Positions 1-8,369 of a DNA stretch of 64,000 nucleotides are shown here, piece by piece. The notes under the pieces were generated by a model. That model searched no databases, had not been told where the DNA came from, and saw only the letters and a list, made by a program, of their open reading frames with translations. The stretch is from Longimicrobiales bacterium. Lineage in GTDB: Bacteria > Gemmatimonadota > Gemmatimonadetes > Longimicrobiales > Gaopeijiaceae. The DNA lies in contig CAXXKM010000002.1 in the NCBI GenBank assembly GCA_963664435.2, positions 672,001 to 736,000 of the forward strand, given 5' to 3'. Numbering within the stretch: position 1 is the stretch's first letter; each line of letters opens with the position of its first letter. The translations under genes were made by a program, and so were the position numbers.

Positions 1-1
1 G

Positions 2-148
2 TGGTTCATGCCGATCTTCATGGTATTCATCTTCTTCCAGTTGGCATCGGGGCTGAACCTCTACTACGCGACGGCCAACATCGCCACATTGCCCCAGCAG
101 TACTGGATCGCCAGGGAGCGACAGAAGGCCAGGAACAAGGCATCCTAG
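2..148 (+). CDS. yidC: Membrane protein insertase YidC, C-terminal fragment (truncated by window edge)
   Basis: Frame 2 reads WFMPIFMVFIFFQLASGLNLYYATANIATLPQQYWIARERQKARNKAS*, matching the YidC C-terminal SGLxLY..N...Q pattern; lies directly upstream of mnmE. Not in the supplied ORF track. Confidence 0.85.
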   Translation, partial: WFMPIFMVFIFFQLASGLNLYYATANIATLPQQYWIARERQKARNKAS

Positions 149-197
149 GGTCGGGAGCCTGCCGACCAGGGTGGCCAGGCGGGGACAGGGAGCAAGA

Positions 198-1634
198 TTG
201 ACGGACACCATCGTGGCAGCGGCGACGCCGCCGGGTCCGGGGGCCCTTGCGGTGGTGCGAATCTCGGGACCGGGCGCGTTTTCCATCCGGCGCGCGCTTG
301 CGGCGGATCTGCGTGACCCGGACGACCGGCGAGCGATGCTGGCGGGCCTGCACGACCCGGAAACCGGAGAGCTCGTCGACCGGGGCATCGTCACCAGCTA
401 TGCGGCGCCGGCCAGCTACACGGGAGAGGACATGGTGGAGATATCCTGCCACGGCGGGTATCTCATCCCGGGCCTCCTGGTCGAGCACGCGCTCGAAGCC
501 GGCGGACGCATGGCCGAACCCGGAGAATTCACCCGGCGGGCCTACCTGAACGGGAAGATGGATCTGCTGCAGGCGGAAGCGGTGTGCGATCTGGTGGCGG
601 GCCGCAGCCGGGCGCTGCACCGGGTGGCGGTGCATCAGATGGAGCGTGGGCTTTCGGCCAGGATGACGGCGGCGCGCGCTTCCCTCGTCAGACTGGAGGC
701 GCTCCTCGTCCACCATCTTGACTTTCCGGACGAGGACGAGCCCCCGACGAGCCTGGAGGCAGTGGCCCACGAGGCGCGCGAGGTGCGTCTCCGGTTGGAG
801 GGCGTGCTGGCCACGGCACCCGAGGGGGAGCTGCTCAGAGAGGGTGCTCTGACCGTTCTGGCGGGGCGTCCCAATTCCGGTAAGTCAAGTATTTTCAATG
901 CGTTAGTAGGATACGAGCGTGCCATTGTGACGGAAGTGCCGGGGACCACGCGAGACGCGCTCGAGGCCACCGTGTCGTTGGGCGGCTATCCATTCCGACT
1001 CGTGGATACCGCCGGGCTCCGGGAAACCGGAGAGCGCGTCGAGGCGTTGGGGATCGAAGTGGCCCGCCGCTATTTGGCGCGGGCGGACCTGGTGCTGTAT
1101 TGCACGGAGCTGGGCGAAGGGGTCTCGGATGCGGATGCGGAATTCCTGGGTGCACGCGATTGCCCGTTCCTGGTTCTGGAAACCAAGGCCGATCTGGCCC
1201 GGCCGGACAACGGCACGCCCGGGTACGTGGACGCCCGGGAGAACGGCGGCTCCAATGCGGAAGGCCGGACCAGGCACCCTCTCGCCGCCGGCACGGTTGA
1301 CGTCGAGGCACTGCCTGACCGGATCGCCACCTCCGTGGTCACGGGCGAGGGACTGGAGGAGATGGGCAGGGTCCTTCCGCGCATGGTTTTCGGAGGGCTG
1401 GTCCAGGCGACTGGAGACCTGCCGGTCGTGACCCGCAGGCGCCACCGACGCTGCCTGGCACGAGCGGTAGAGGAGCTGGACGCGTTCGAACGCGCGCTGG
1501 CGAACGGGGTTCCGGCCGAAGTGGCGGCGACCCATCTGAGGCCGGCGGAGACGGCCCTGGAGGATGTCCTCGGGATCGTTACTCTGGATGAGGTGCTCGA
1601 CCGGGTGTTCCGGGACTTCTGTATCGGAAAATAG
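198..1634 (+). CDS. mnmE: tRNA modification GTPase MnmE
   Basis: DTIVA.ATPPG, SYTGEDMVEISCHGG, GEFTRRAYLNGKMDL, GRPNSGKSS, GTTRD, DTAGLR, C-terminal FCIGK. Start taken at TTG 198 (ORF open from 171). Confidence 0.97.
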   Translation: MTDTIVAAATPPGPGALAVVRISGPGAFSIRRALAADLRDPDDRRAMLAGLHDPETGELVDRGIVTSYAAPASYTGEDMVEISCHGGYLIPGLLVEHALEAGGRMAEPGEFTRRAYLNGKMDLLQAEAVCDLVAGRSRALHRVAVHQMERGLSARMTAARASLVRLEALLVHHLDFPDEDEPPTSLEAVAHEAREVRLRLEGVLATAPEGELLREGALTVLAGRPNSGKSSIFNALVGYERAIVTEVPGTTRDALEATVSLGGYPFRLVDTAGLRETGERVEALGIEVARRYLARADLVLYCTELGEGVSDADAEFLGARDCPFLVLETKADLARPDNGTPGYVDARENGGSNAEGRTRHPLAAGTVDVEALPDRIATSVVTGEGLEEMGRVLPRMVFGGLVQATGDLPVVTRRRHRRCLARAVEELDAFERALANGVPAEVAATHLRPAETALEDVLGIVTLDEVLDRVFRDFCIGK

Positions 1635-1657
1635 GCAGGCGAGACGGGGAACGCGGG

Positions 1658-3613
1658 TTGCAGATCGTGGATCGAGAATTTGACGTCATCGTAGTAGGCG
1701 GAGGCCACGCCGGAGCAGAGGCAGCGGCAGCGGCGGCGCGCCTCGGAACTCGCGTGTTGCTGATTACCCCCGACCTTGGGCGCATCGGACAGATGAGCTG
1801 TAATCCCGCGATCGGGGGCATTGCAAAGGGTGTCGTCGCGCGCGAGGTCGATGCCCTCGGGGGTGTCATGGGCCGGGCTACGGACGCGGCGCGCATTCAC
1901 TTCCGCATGCTCAACCTCTCCAAGGGACCGGCCGTATGGGGTCCGCGCGCGCAATGCGACAGGACCCTGTATGCGCTGGCGGTGCGGCGAGTGCTGGAAG
2001 AACTGCCGACGCTGGAGCTCTTTCAGGACATGGTTTCCGACCTTGTGCTCGGGGGCGACCGGATTGCCGGCGTGCGGACGCGCACGGGGCTGGAGTTCCG
2101 CGCTTCGTCCGTGGTCATCACGACGGGCACGTTTCTTCGCGGACGCATTCATGTTGGCCTTGGAGACGGGGTCGAGGGGGGGCGCGCCGGCGAGGAAGCC
2201 TCGGTCGCGCTGGCCTGTGCGCTCGAGGGTCGGGAGTTGGAGGTGGCGCGTTTCAAGACCGGTACTCCGCCTCGCATCGATGGCCGGTCCGTGGACTACG
2301 GAAGGGTGAAAGAGCAACCGTCGGAACCGGGTGTCGTGCGGTTCTCCGCGTATGTACGTGAGCAATATCCGGGCGAGCGTTCCTGCTGGATTACTTGGAC
2401 GGGGGACGAACTCCGGGACATCGTGCAGGAAAACCTCGAGCGGAGCGCGCGGTTCGGGGGGGCCATCGCGGGCCGGGGGCCGCGATACTGCCCGTCGATC
2501 GAAGACAAGGTCGTACGTTTCCCCGACGCCCGCGGGCACCAGGTCTTCCTGGAGCCGGAGGGGTTGGACACGACCGAGCTCTATGTAAACGGCTTGTCGA
2601 CCTCGTTGCCACCGGAAGTGCAACTCCGATTCCTGCGGACCGTGCCGGGGCTGGAGCGCGTGCGCATGACCCGCAGCGGGTACGCGATCGAGTACGACTA
2701 CTTCCTTCCGCATCAGCTGCGGCACACGCTGGAGGTGAAGTCGATTGAAGGCCTTTTCTTTGCAGGGCAGATCAACGGCACGACCGGCTACGAAGAGGCC
2801 GCCGGGCAGGGGCTGATCGCGGGTGCCAACGCCGGTTTGGCCGCTCTGGGGAAGGCGCCGTTGGTCCTGGAGCGCGACCAGGCGTACATCGGCGTGCTGA
2901 TCGACGATCTGGTCACCAAGGGGGTGGATGAACCCTATAGACTCTTTACCTCGCGCGCAGAGTTCCGTCTTCTGCTCAGACAGGACAACGCGCTCTCCCG
3001 CCTGGGACCGGTAGCGAGCGAGAGGGGTCTGTTGTCGCCCGGCCAGACCAGGGTGCTTGAAGAACGCCTGGAAACCGAAGCGCGGCTGCTCGAGTGGTTC
3101 CGCTCGACGCGCCTGCAACCCGATCAGGTGAACGACGCGCTGGTGGAGGCGGGATCGAGCCCGGTGCGCACTACCGCAAGAGCGGTGGATCTGTTGAGAA
3201 GACCGAAGGTGACGTCAAAAATGCTGATTCAGGCGGCCGGCGCGTCGTTTGTCGAGGTTGGTTGGGAGGATGCCTTGCTGGCTGTCGAGGTAGACCTGAA
3301 GTACAGGGGATATGTGCAGCGCGAGCGGGATCGGGCGGCCGCACTTCGAGCGCGCGCGGAGTTTCGCATTCCCCAGGATCTCGTGTACCAGGACCTGTTG
3401 ACGCTGTCGCAGGAGGCCCGCGAAAAGCTTGGTCAAGTACGTCCCCTCACCCTGGCGCAGGCCTCGAGGGTCTCGGGCGTCTCGCCGGCAGATCTTCAGA
3501 ATCTGGTCCTGGAGATCCGGAAGCAGGGGGGCGTTCCCTCACGACGTTTCACGGGAAACATGACGGTGAAACAACACGGTGGCACGTCGAGCCATGTTTC
3601 ACGGGAAACATGA
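1658..3613 (+). CDS. mnmG: tRNA uridine-5-carboxymethylaminomethyl modification enzyme MnmG (GidA)
   Basis: GGGHAG, MSCNPAIGG, SKGPAVWGPRAQ, FKTGTPPR, GPRYCPSIEDK, AGQINGTTGYEEAA, EPYRLFTSRAE. The C-terminal tail ...VSRET is encoded by the parS repeats. Confidence 0.97.
   Translation: MQIVDREFDVIVVGGGHAGAEAAAAAARLGTRVLLITPDLGRIGQMSCNPAIGGIAKGVVAREVDALGGVMGRATDAARIHFRMLNLSKGPAVWGPRAQCDRTLYALAVRRVLEELPTLELFQDMVSDLVLGGDRIAGVRTRTGLEFRASSVVITTGTFLRGRIHVGLGDGVEGGRAGEEASVALACALEGRELEVARFKTGTPPRIDGRSVDYGRVKEQPSEPGVVRFSAYVREQYPGERSCWITWTGDELRDIVQENLERSARFGGAIAGRGPRYCPSIEDKVVRFPDARGHQVFLEPEGLDTTELYVNGLSTSLPPEVQLRFLRTVPGLERVRMTRSGYAIEYDYFLPHQLRHTLEVKSIEGLFFAGQINGTTGYEEAAGQGLIAGANAGLAALGKAPLVLERDQAYIGVLIDDLVTKGVDEPYRLFTSRAEFRLLLRQDNALSRLGPVASERGLLSPGQTRVLEERLETEARLLEWFRSTRLQPDQVNDALVEAGSSPVRTTARAVDLLRRPKVTSKMLIQAAGASFVEVGWEDALLAVEVDLKYRGYVQRERDRAAALRARAEFRIPQDLVYQDLLTLSQEAREKLGQVRPLTLAQASRVSGVSPADLQNLVLEIRKQGGVPSRRFTGNMTVKQHGGTSSHVSRET
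3545..3560. promoter_or_regulatory. parS site 1 (CGTTTCACGGGAAACA)
   Basis: 2 mismatches to the parS consensus TGTTTCACGTGAAACA; about 670 bp upstream of parA. Confidence 0.8.
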
Positions 3614-3626
3614 CGGTGAAACAACA
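3546..3626 (+). repeat. 31-bp direct repeat x2, 50-bp period (GTTTCACGGGAAACATGACGGTGAAACAACA)
   Basis: Identical copies at 3546-3576 and 3596-3626, read directly. Confidence 0.95.
3595..3610. promoter_or_regulatory. parS site 2 (TGTTTCACGGGAAACA)
   Basis: 1 mismatch to the parS consensus; upstream of parAB. Confidence 0.88.
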
Positions 3627-4014
3627 AGCATCCCGGGACTTCGACGTCGGGTTCCTGGTGGGAGTCCTCGTTGGTGAGGGGCATTTCGGTGGAGATGGGC
3701 GACAGCCGCACGTGACTCTTCGCATGCACACCGACCACAAGGCGCTTTTCGACTGGATCATGGAGAACTTCCCCGGGGGCAAGCTGTACGGTCCCTATCG
3801 GCACGGCGGACGGCATTACTACCAGTGGATGGCTCGCGGAGCCTTCCTCAGAGAACAACTGGTGCCCTTGCTGGACCGTTACCTGGATGAACGGCTGGAC
3901 GGGAAAGCCGCGCGGCGCTTCCAGGAAATGAAGGCGCGTTACCTTACCGATTCGGCCCCTGCCGCAGGTTCGGCGAGCGCTCCCCCGGCCCCGGAGCCGC
4001 CGCGGGACCGCTGA
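3610..4014 (+). CDS. Single-motif LAGLIDADG-fold protein (homing-endonuclease-like), 134 aa
   Basis: ATG overlaps the mnmG stop (ATGA). GFLVGVLVGEGHF resembles the LAGLIDADG helix; the downstream PHVTLRMH / LFDWIMENFPGGKLY / YYQWMA / LREQLVPLLDRY / GK...F segments fit the alpha-beta-beta-alpha-beta-beta-alpha topology. Confidence 0.7.
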   Translation: MTVKQQASRDFDVGFLVGVLVGEGHFGGDGRQPHVTLRMHTDHKALFDWIMENFPGGKLYGPYRHGGRHYYQWMARGAFLREQLVPLLDRYLDERLDGKAARRFQEMKARYLTDSAPAAGSASAPPAPEPPRDR

Positions 4015-4181
4015 CTCGTGTCGGGGCCACCCGGATCCATGTCGGGATGACGTCCAGAAGGGCGCGAATCCAGCCTGCCATCGACGCGCATCCACCTTTT
4101 CTGCAAACCGGGGGTCAGGTAGCTTTCGAGGTGGGATCTCTCTCCCCCTATCCGGAGTTCGATCCCGGGACGGTTCCCTGT

Positions 4182-4190
4182 TGTGGAAAA
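4182..4190 (-). promoter_or_regulatory. DnaA box (TTTTCCACA) upstream of parA
   Basis: Perfect match to TT(A/T)TNCACA on the minus strand, 36 bp before the parA ATG. Confidence 0.5.
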
Positions 4191-4225
4191 CCCCTCACCC
4201 CGGCCCAGGCTGACCGCTGCTTTCC

Positions 4226-5029
4226 ATGTCCAGAGTCATTACCATCGCCAACCAGAAGGGGGGTGTCGGGAAGACGACAACCGCGATCAATCTGGGAGCC
4301 GCGTTGGCTGTGGCCGAACAGCGCACGCTGGTCATCGACATGGATCCACAGGCCAATGCGAGCAGTGGCCTGGGCCTTTGGGGCCATGATCAGGTCTCGG
4401 GCATGTACGACGTCATGATCGGGGGAAGCTCGATCGAGGAATCAAGGGTTCGTCAGCTTCACTTCCCCTACCTGGACATGGTCGGCACCACGCGCGACCT
4501 GGCGGGCGCGGAGATCGAACTGGTAGGCGTGGAGGCCCGCGAATCCGTTCTGCGTACGGCACTTGCGCCGATTCGCGACGAATATGACTACATTCTCGTG
4601 GACTGCCCCCCGTCGCTGGGGCTCCTCACACTCAACACCCTCACGGCGGCCGACTCCGTACTCATCCCGATTCAGTGCGAGTTCTACGCGCTGGAAGGCC
4701 TCAGCCAGCTCCTGAACACGGTTCGAGTAGTACAGCGGGGGCTCAACACGGGCCTGGAGATCGAGGGCGTGCTCCTTACCATGTTCGACAAGCGGCTCAA
4801 CCTGTCGAAACAGGTCGCCCGGGAAGCCCGCGAATACTTTGGAGACAAGGTCTTTACGAACGCGATTCCCAGGAACGTTCGCCTTGCGGAGGCGCCGAGT
4901 TTCGGCAAGCCCATCATCATATACGATGTCCTGTCGGCCGGGGCCCGCTACTACCTCCGTCTGGCGAGGGAAGTCATTCAGCGAACGCAACATAGACTTG
5001 CTACAACGAGAGCTCGCGTACCCTCATGA
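4226..5029 (+). CDS. parA: Chromosome partitioning ATPase ParA/Soj
   Basis: NQKGGVGKTTT deviant Walker A, DMDPQAN, DCPPSLG, PIQCEFYALEG, IPRNVRLAEAPSFG. Confidence 0.97.
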   Translation: MSRVITIANQKGGVGKTTTAINLGAALAVAEQRTLVIDMDPQANASSGLGLWGHDQVSGMYDVMIGGSSIEESRVRQLHFPYLDMVGTTRDLAGAEIELVGVEARESVLRTALAPIRDEYDYILVDCPPSLGLLTLNTLTAADSVLIPIQCEFYALEGLSQLLNTVRVVQRGLNTGLEIEGVLLTMFDKRLNLSKQVAREAREYFGDKVFTNAIPRNVRLAEAPSFGKPIIIYDVLSAGARYYLRLAREVIQRTQHRLATTRARVPS

Positions 5030-5943
5030 GCGTTGCTCCGAACACTCGACTCGGGCGCGGCCTGGGCGCCCTTCTTGGGGATCATCTTGATCGACCGGTG
5101 GAAGGCGAGGTCGCCGGCCTGGCGCTGGATTCCGTGGTGCCCAACCCGTTCCAGCCCCGTCGTGAGTTCAAGGAAGAGGAAATCCGGGAACTCGCGGCGT
5201 CGATCAGGGCAAACGGATTGCTCCAGCCCGTTCTCGTCAGATCCGCGCCGGTGCCCGACCAATGGGAGCTGGTAGCGGGAGAACGCCGATTCCGAGCTGT
5301 CACGAGGCTTGGATGGAGCGAAGTGCCGGCCATCGTGCGCGACGTAGATGACGAAACCATGCTCGTACTGGCGCTTGTCGAGAACCTCCAGCGCCGCGAC
5401 CTCGGCGCGCTGGAGGAGGCTGAGGGCTACAGGGTGCTTGTGGACAAATTCAAGCGCACACAGGAGGATATCGCGCTGGCTGTCGGAAAGAGCCGTGCTG
5501 CGGTGACCAACATCCTCCGTCTTCTGAAGCTTCCCGTTGAAGTCCGGCAGCTGCTTGCGGAAGAAAAGCTCACGCCGGGACATGCGCGGGCACTCCTCGC
5601 CATCGACGACCAGGAATGGGCGGCGGAACTGGCTCGAATGGCGGTCGAAGGCGGTTGGTCGGTCCGCATACTCGAGGAGACCGTGCGCACCAGGCCGACG
5701 CGCCCGGCTCCCAATGAAGATGCACCGGACGACCGAAAGCGCCGGACCCGGCCGTCGCACGCGGTGGACCCGGTGTTGAACGCGTTGCAGGAGGAGTTGC
5801 GGGGCGCGCTCGGGACACGAGTAGTCGTTCGACGGCAGAGGGGAAGCAAAGGCCGCATCGAAATCCCCTTCCACGACGATCAGGATCTTGAACGCGTGTT
5901 TGCCCTGGTGTCCGGCCGGGAGGTCTCGGATGTTCTGGAATAG
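5026..5943 (+). CDS. parB: Chromosome partitioning protein ParB/Spo0J
   Basis: LGRGLGAL, PNPFQPRR, GLLQP, AGERRFRA, ENLQRRDL, HTH TQEDIA..VGKSRAAVTN. Confidence 0.97.
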   Translation: MSVAPNTRLGRGLGALLGDHLDRPVEGEVAGLALDSVVPNPFQPRREFKEEEIRELAASIRANGLLQPVLVRSAPVPDQWELVAGERRFRAVTRLGWSEVPAIVRDVDDETMLVLALVENLQRRDLGALEEAEGYRVLVDKFKRTQEDIALAVGKSRAAVTNILRLLKLPVEVRQLLAEEKLTPGHARALLAIDDQEWAAELARMAVEGGWSVRILEETVRTRPTRPAPNEDAPDDRKRRTRPSHAVDPVLNALQEELRGALGTRVVVRRQRGSKGRIEIPFHDDQDLERVFALVSGREVSDVLE

Positions 5944-6682
5944 GACATCTCGAAACCGCCGACTGCTGACGGTCGTGCTCCTGGCCGAAGGGTCGGCGAA
6001 TGCCCGCAACTATGAGTTGACCGTGACGCATGCCGTGCTGGTTTCGCTTGCCTTCATCGGACTGATTTCCGTGGGCTACGTGGCCGGCGTTGCAGTGACC
6101 ACGCATCGCGTGGACATCCTGTCGGACTCGCTTGCGGTCCAGGCGGAGGGGATTCAGGCGCTGAGCACGCACATCGACACGGTCGAAGCGCGCTATCTGC
6201 GCATCGCCGAACTGTTTGGTGCCCGCGCAAACGCGCTGTCGGACCTTTGGCTTCCTCCGGTGGGGGGTGACGGAAACTCCGGTCGGTCGGTCGCGGACGA
6301 AACCAGGCCCACCAGCTGGCCCCTGACCGAAAGGGGGTTCGTGACCCAGGCCCTGATTGAAGGCGTGGTGGGCGAACACCCGGGCCTGGACATCGCCATA
6401 ACTACGGGCTCGTATATCCGCGCCGCGGGTGGGGGCGTCGTACTCGAAGCAGGAGACGATCCGCTCTACGGGCGGTTTGTTCGCCTTGACCACGGCGACG
6501 GATACGGCAGCTTGTATGCGCATGCATCCGCGACGTTTGTCGAGACCGGGGACCTGGTGCGGCAGAACGAGGTCATCGCGTTGAGCGGTTCGACGGGCAG
6601 ATCGACGGCTCCGCACCTTCACTTTGAAATCCTTCGAAACAATGAACCTGTCGATCCGTTGACAATCCTTGACCAACCTTGA
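5930..6682 (+). CDS. M23 family metallopeptidase with N-terminal TM segment
   Basis: HPGLDIA, YAHA, GSTGRSTAPHLHFEI; ATG 5930 follows GGAGG. Confidence 0.9.
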   Translation: MFWNRTSRNRRLLTVVLLAEGSANARNYELTVTHAVLVSLAFIGLISVGYVAGVAVTTHRVDILSDSLAVQAEGIQALSTHIDTVEARYLRIAELFGARANALSDLWLPPVGGDGNSGRSVADETRPTSWPLTERGFVTQALIEGVVGEHPGLDIAITTGSYIRAAGGGVVLEAGDDPLYGRFVRLDHGDGYGSLYAHASATFVETGDLVRQNEVIALSGSTGRSTAPHLHFEILRNNEPVDPLTILDQP

Positions 6683-6745
6683 AGGGTTGGCGGAACCCCT
6701 CGATTTCCGTGGTTCGTTTCAACTACCAGTAAGGGAAACAACAGG

Positions 6746-7132
6746 ATGAGCAAACAGCGCCTCGCTTCGCCCCCCGCGTCTCCAGACAACACGATTTCGA
6801 TCATCGGACCCGGGATGACCGTAGTGGGTGATTGCAAGACCGAGGGGACCATTCGCATCGAAGGCAGGATCGAGGGGGGAGTGGAGGCCGGAAAGGCTGT
6901 TGTCGTCGGGAAGGACGGAATAGTCGTCGGCGACATCTCCACCCAGGACGCGGTCATCTCGGGAAGGCTCAAGGGTACCCTGAAAATCGGTTCGCGCCTG
7001 GAGCTCCAGTCATCCTGCGATGTCGACGGGAATATCGACACCCGCCGCATCGTGCTCGAAGAGGGCGCAACGGTCAACGGAACCGTCAAGATGGGAAGCC
7101 GAGGCGCCAAGCCGCCCTCTACCCGGGAATGA
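6746..7132 (+). CDS. Bactofilin (polymer-forming cytoskeletal protein)
   Basis: SIIGPGMTVVGD...IRIEGRIEG...VVGKDGIVVGDI...EEGATVNG beta-helix repeats; typical M23-bactofilin pair. Confidence 0.92.
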   Translation: MSKQRLASPPASPDNTISIIGPGMTVVGDCKTEGTIRIEGRIEGGVEAGKAVVVGKDGIVVGDISTQDAVISGRLKGTLKIGSRLELQSSCDVDGNIDTRRIVLEEGATVNGTVKMGSRGAKPPSTRE

Positions 7133-7240
7133 GCGGTGAGCAGGATGTCCACGCCCGGGGAATCGGGTCCTGGCTCCACCGGATTTGGAAGCACCGGGAA
7201 TCTCGGCGGGAGCTGCCTTTCCCCACCTCTCCGCCGTTGT

Positions 7241-7350
7241 CGTGGAAAACCTCTGAAGTCACTATAATATCGACTCTTCGGAAGGTATATCCACGCTCCC
7301 CGCAGAGCGTGTTATCCACGCGTCTGTCGTTTTCCACAGATCGTGGAAAC
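7241..7350. promoter_or_regulatory. DnaA-box cluster, candidate oriC element
   Basis: TTTTCCACA 7330-7338 (perfect), TTATCCACG 7312-7320, TTTTCCACG (minus, 7241-7249), ATATCCACG 7287-7295, GTTTCCACG (minus, 7342-7350); AT-rich ACTATAATAT 7261-7270; intergenic. Confidence 0.6.
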
Positions 7351-7418
7351 CCCTTGCGCGCACGCTTCGGCGCGGGGGAGTTCATATGCAAGGTGCAAGG
7401 ACGAACGAGGGCCGGGGG

Positions 7419-8171
7419 ATGAAGCTGAAAGCGCTCGTTGAGTATGTCGACGAATACCTCCGCGTGCCCGGCTTCCCGGACTACCCCAACGCCTACAACG
7501 GACTCCAGGTTCAGGGGGCGGCCCGGGTTGGCAGCATCTGTGCCGCCGTGGATGCCAGTGAAGCCGCCATCAACGCCGCCGCCGAGCGCGGAAGCGATCT
7601 CCTGCTCGTGCACCACGGGCTCTTCTGGGATGGGGCGGCTCCCGTAACCGGCAGACGTTTTCGGAAGCTGTTCGCCCTCCTCCGCAACGAACTGGGTCTT
7701 TACTCGGCTCATCTGCCGCTGGACGCACACCCCGAGGTCGGCAACTGCGCCTTGCTCGCCCGCGCTCTGGACATCGAAATCGAGAAGGGATTCGGCTCCT
7801 ACCAGGGCGTGGATGTGGGCTGGATCGGGACGACCTCGGAGACACGCAAGGCCCTCGGTGACCGGTTGGCGGAGTCACTACAAGTGACAGTCCGACTTAT
7901 AGATGGCGGACCTGACCAGATACACAGGGTCGCGGTTGTGACGGGTGCGGGCGGGTCCATGATCGCCGAGGCGGCGGCGTCCGGCGCCGATGCCCTCGTG
8001 ACCGGCGAAGGCGCGCATCATACGTACTTCGATGCGATGGAATACGGCATCAACGTTTACTATGCGGGCCATTACGCCACCGAGACGCTCGGGGTGCGCG
8101 CGCTCGCCTCCCATCTGGAGGCGCGCTTCGGCATTCCCTGGGAGTTTCTGGATTTTCCGACGGGCATGTAG
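7419..8171 (+). CDS. Nif3/YbgI-like dinuclear metal-center protein
   Basis: NGLQV, VHHGLFW, HLPLDAHPEVGN, TGE..HH, AGHYATE. Confidence 0.93.
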   Translation: MKLKALVEYVDEYLRVPGFPDYPNAYNGLQVQGAARVGSICAAVDASEAAINAAAERGSDLLLVHHGLFWDGAAPVTGRRFRKLFALLRNELGLYSAHLPLDAHPEVGNCALLARALDIEIEKGFGSYQGVDVGWIGTTSETRKALGDRLAESLQVTVRLIDGGPDQIHRVAVVTGAGGSMIAEAAASGADALVTGEGAHHTYFDAMEYGINVYYAGHYATETLGVRALASHLEARFGIPWEFLDFPTGM

Positions 8172-8369
8172 GCCCCGCCGGTCATGGGCACTGGCCTCGC
8201 CTCGACGGCTCAGGCCGTTGCGCATCGGAGGAGGAGGTACCCATGATCGCACGGGGCCTCAACAGGTGTTTGTCGCAATCCTTCCTGGCGTGCGCCATGC
8301 CCGGGAGGATGGGCGACCCTGTCCAGGGACCCGGCGCCGGAAGCCGATGACCGAGAAGCGAGGCACATC

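Noticed and set aside
3094..3609. N-terminal 172 codons of the 306-aa ORF 3094-4014
   Set aside because: Overlap mnmG in another frame; the plausible gene starts at ATG 3610.
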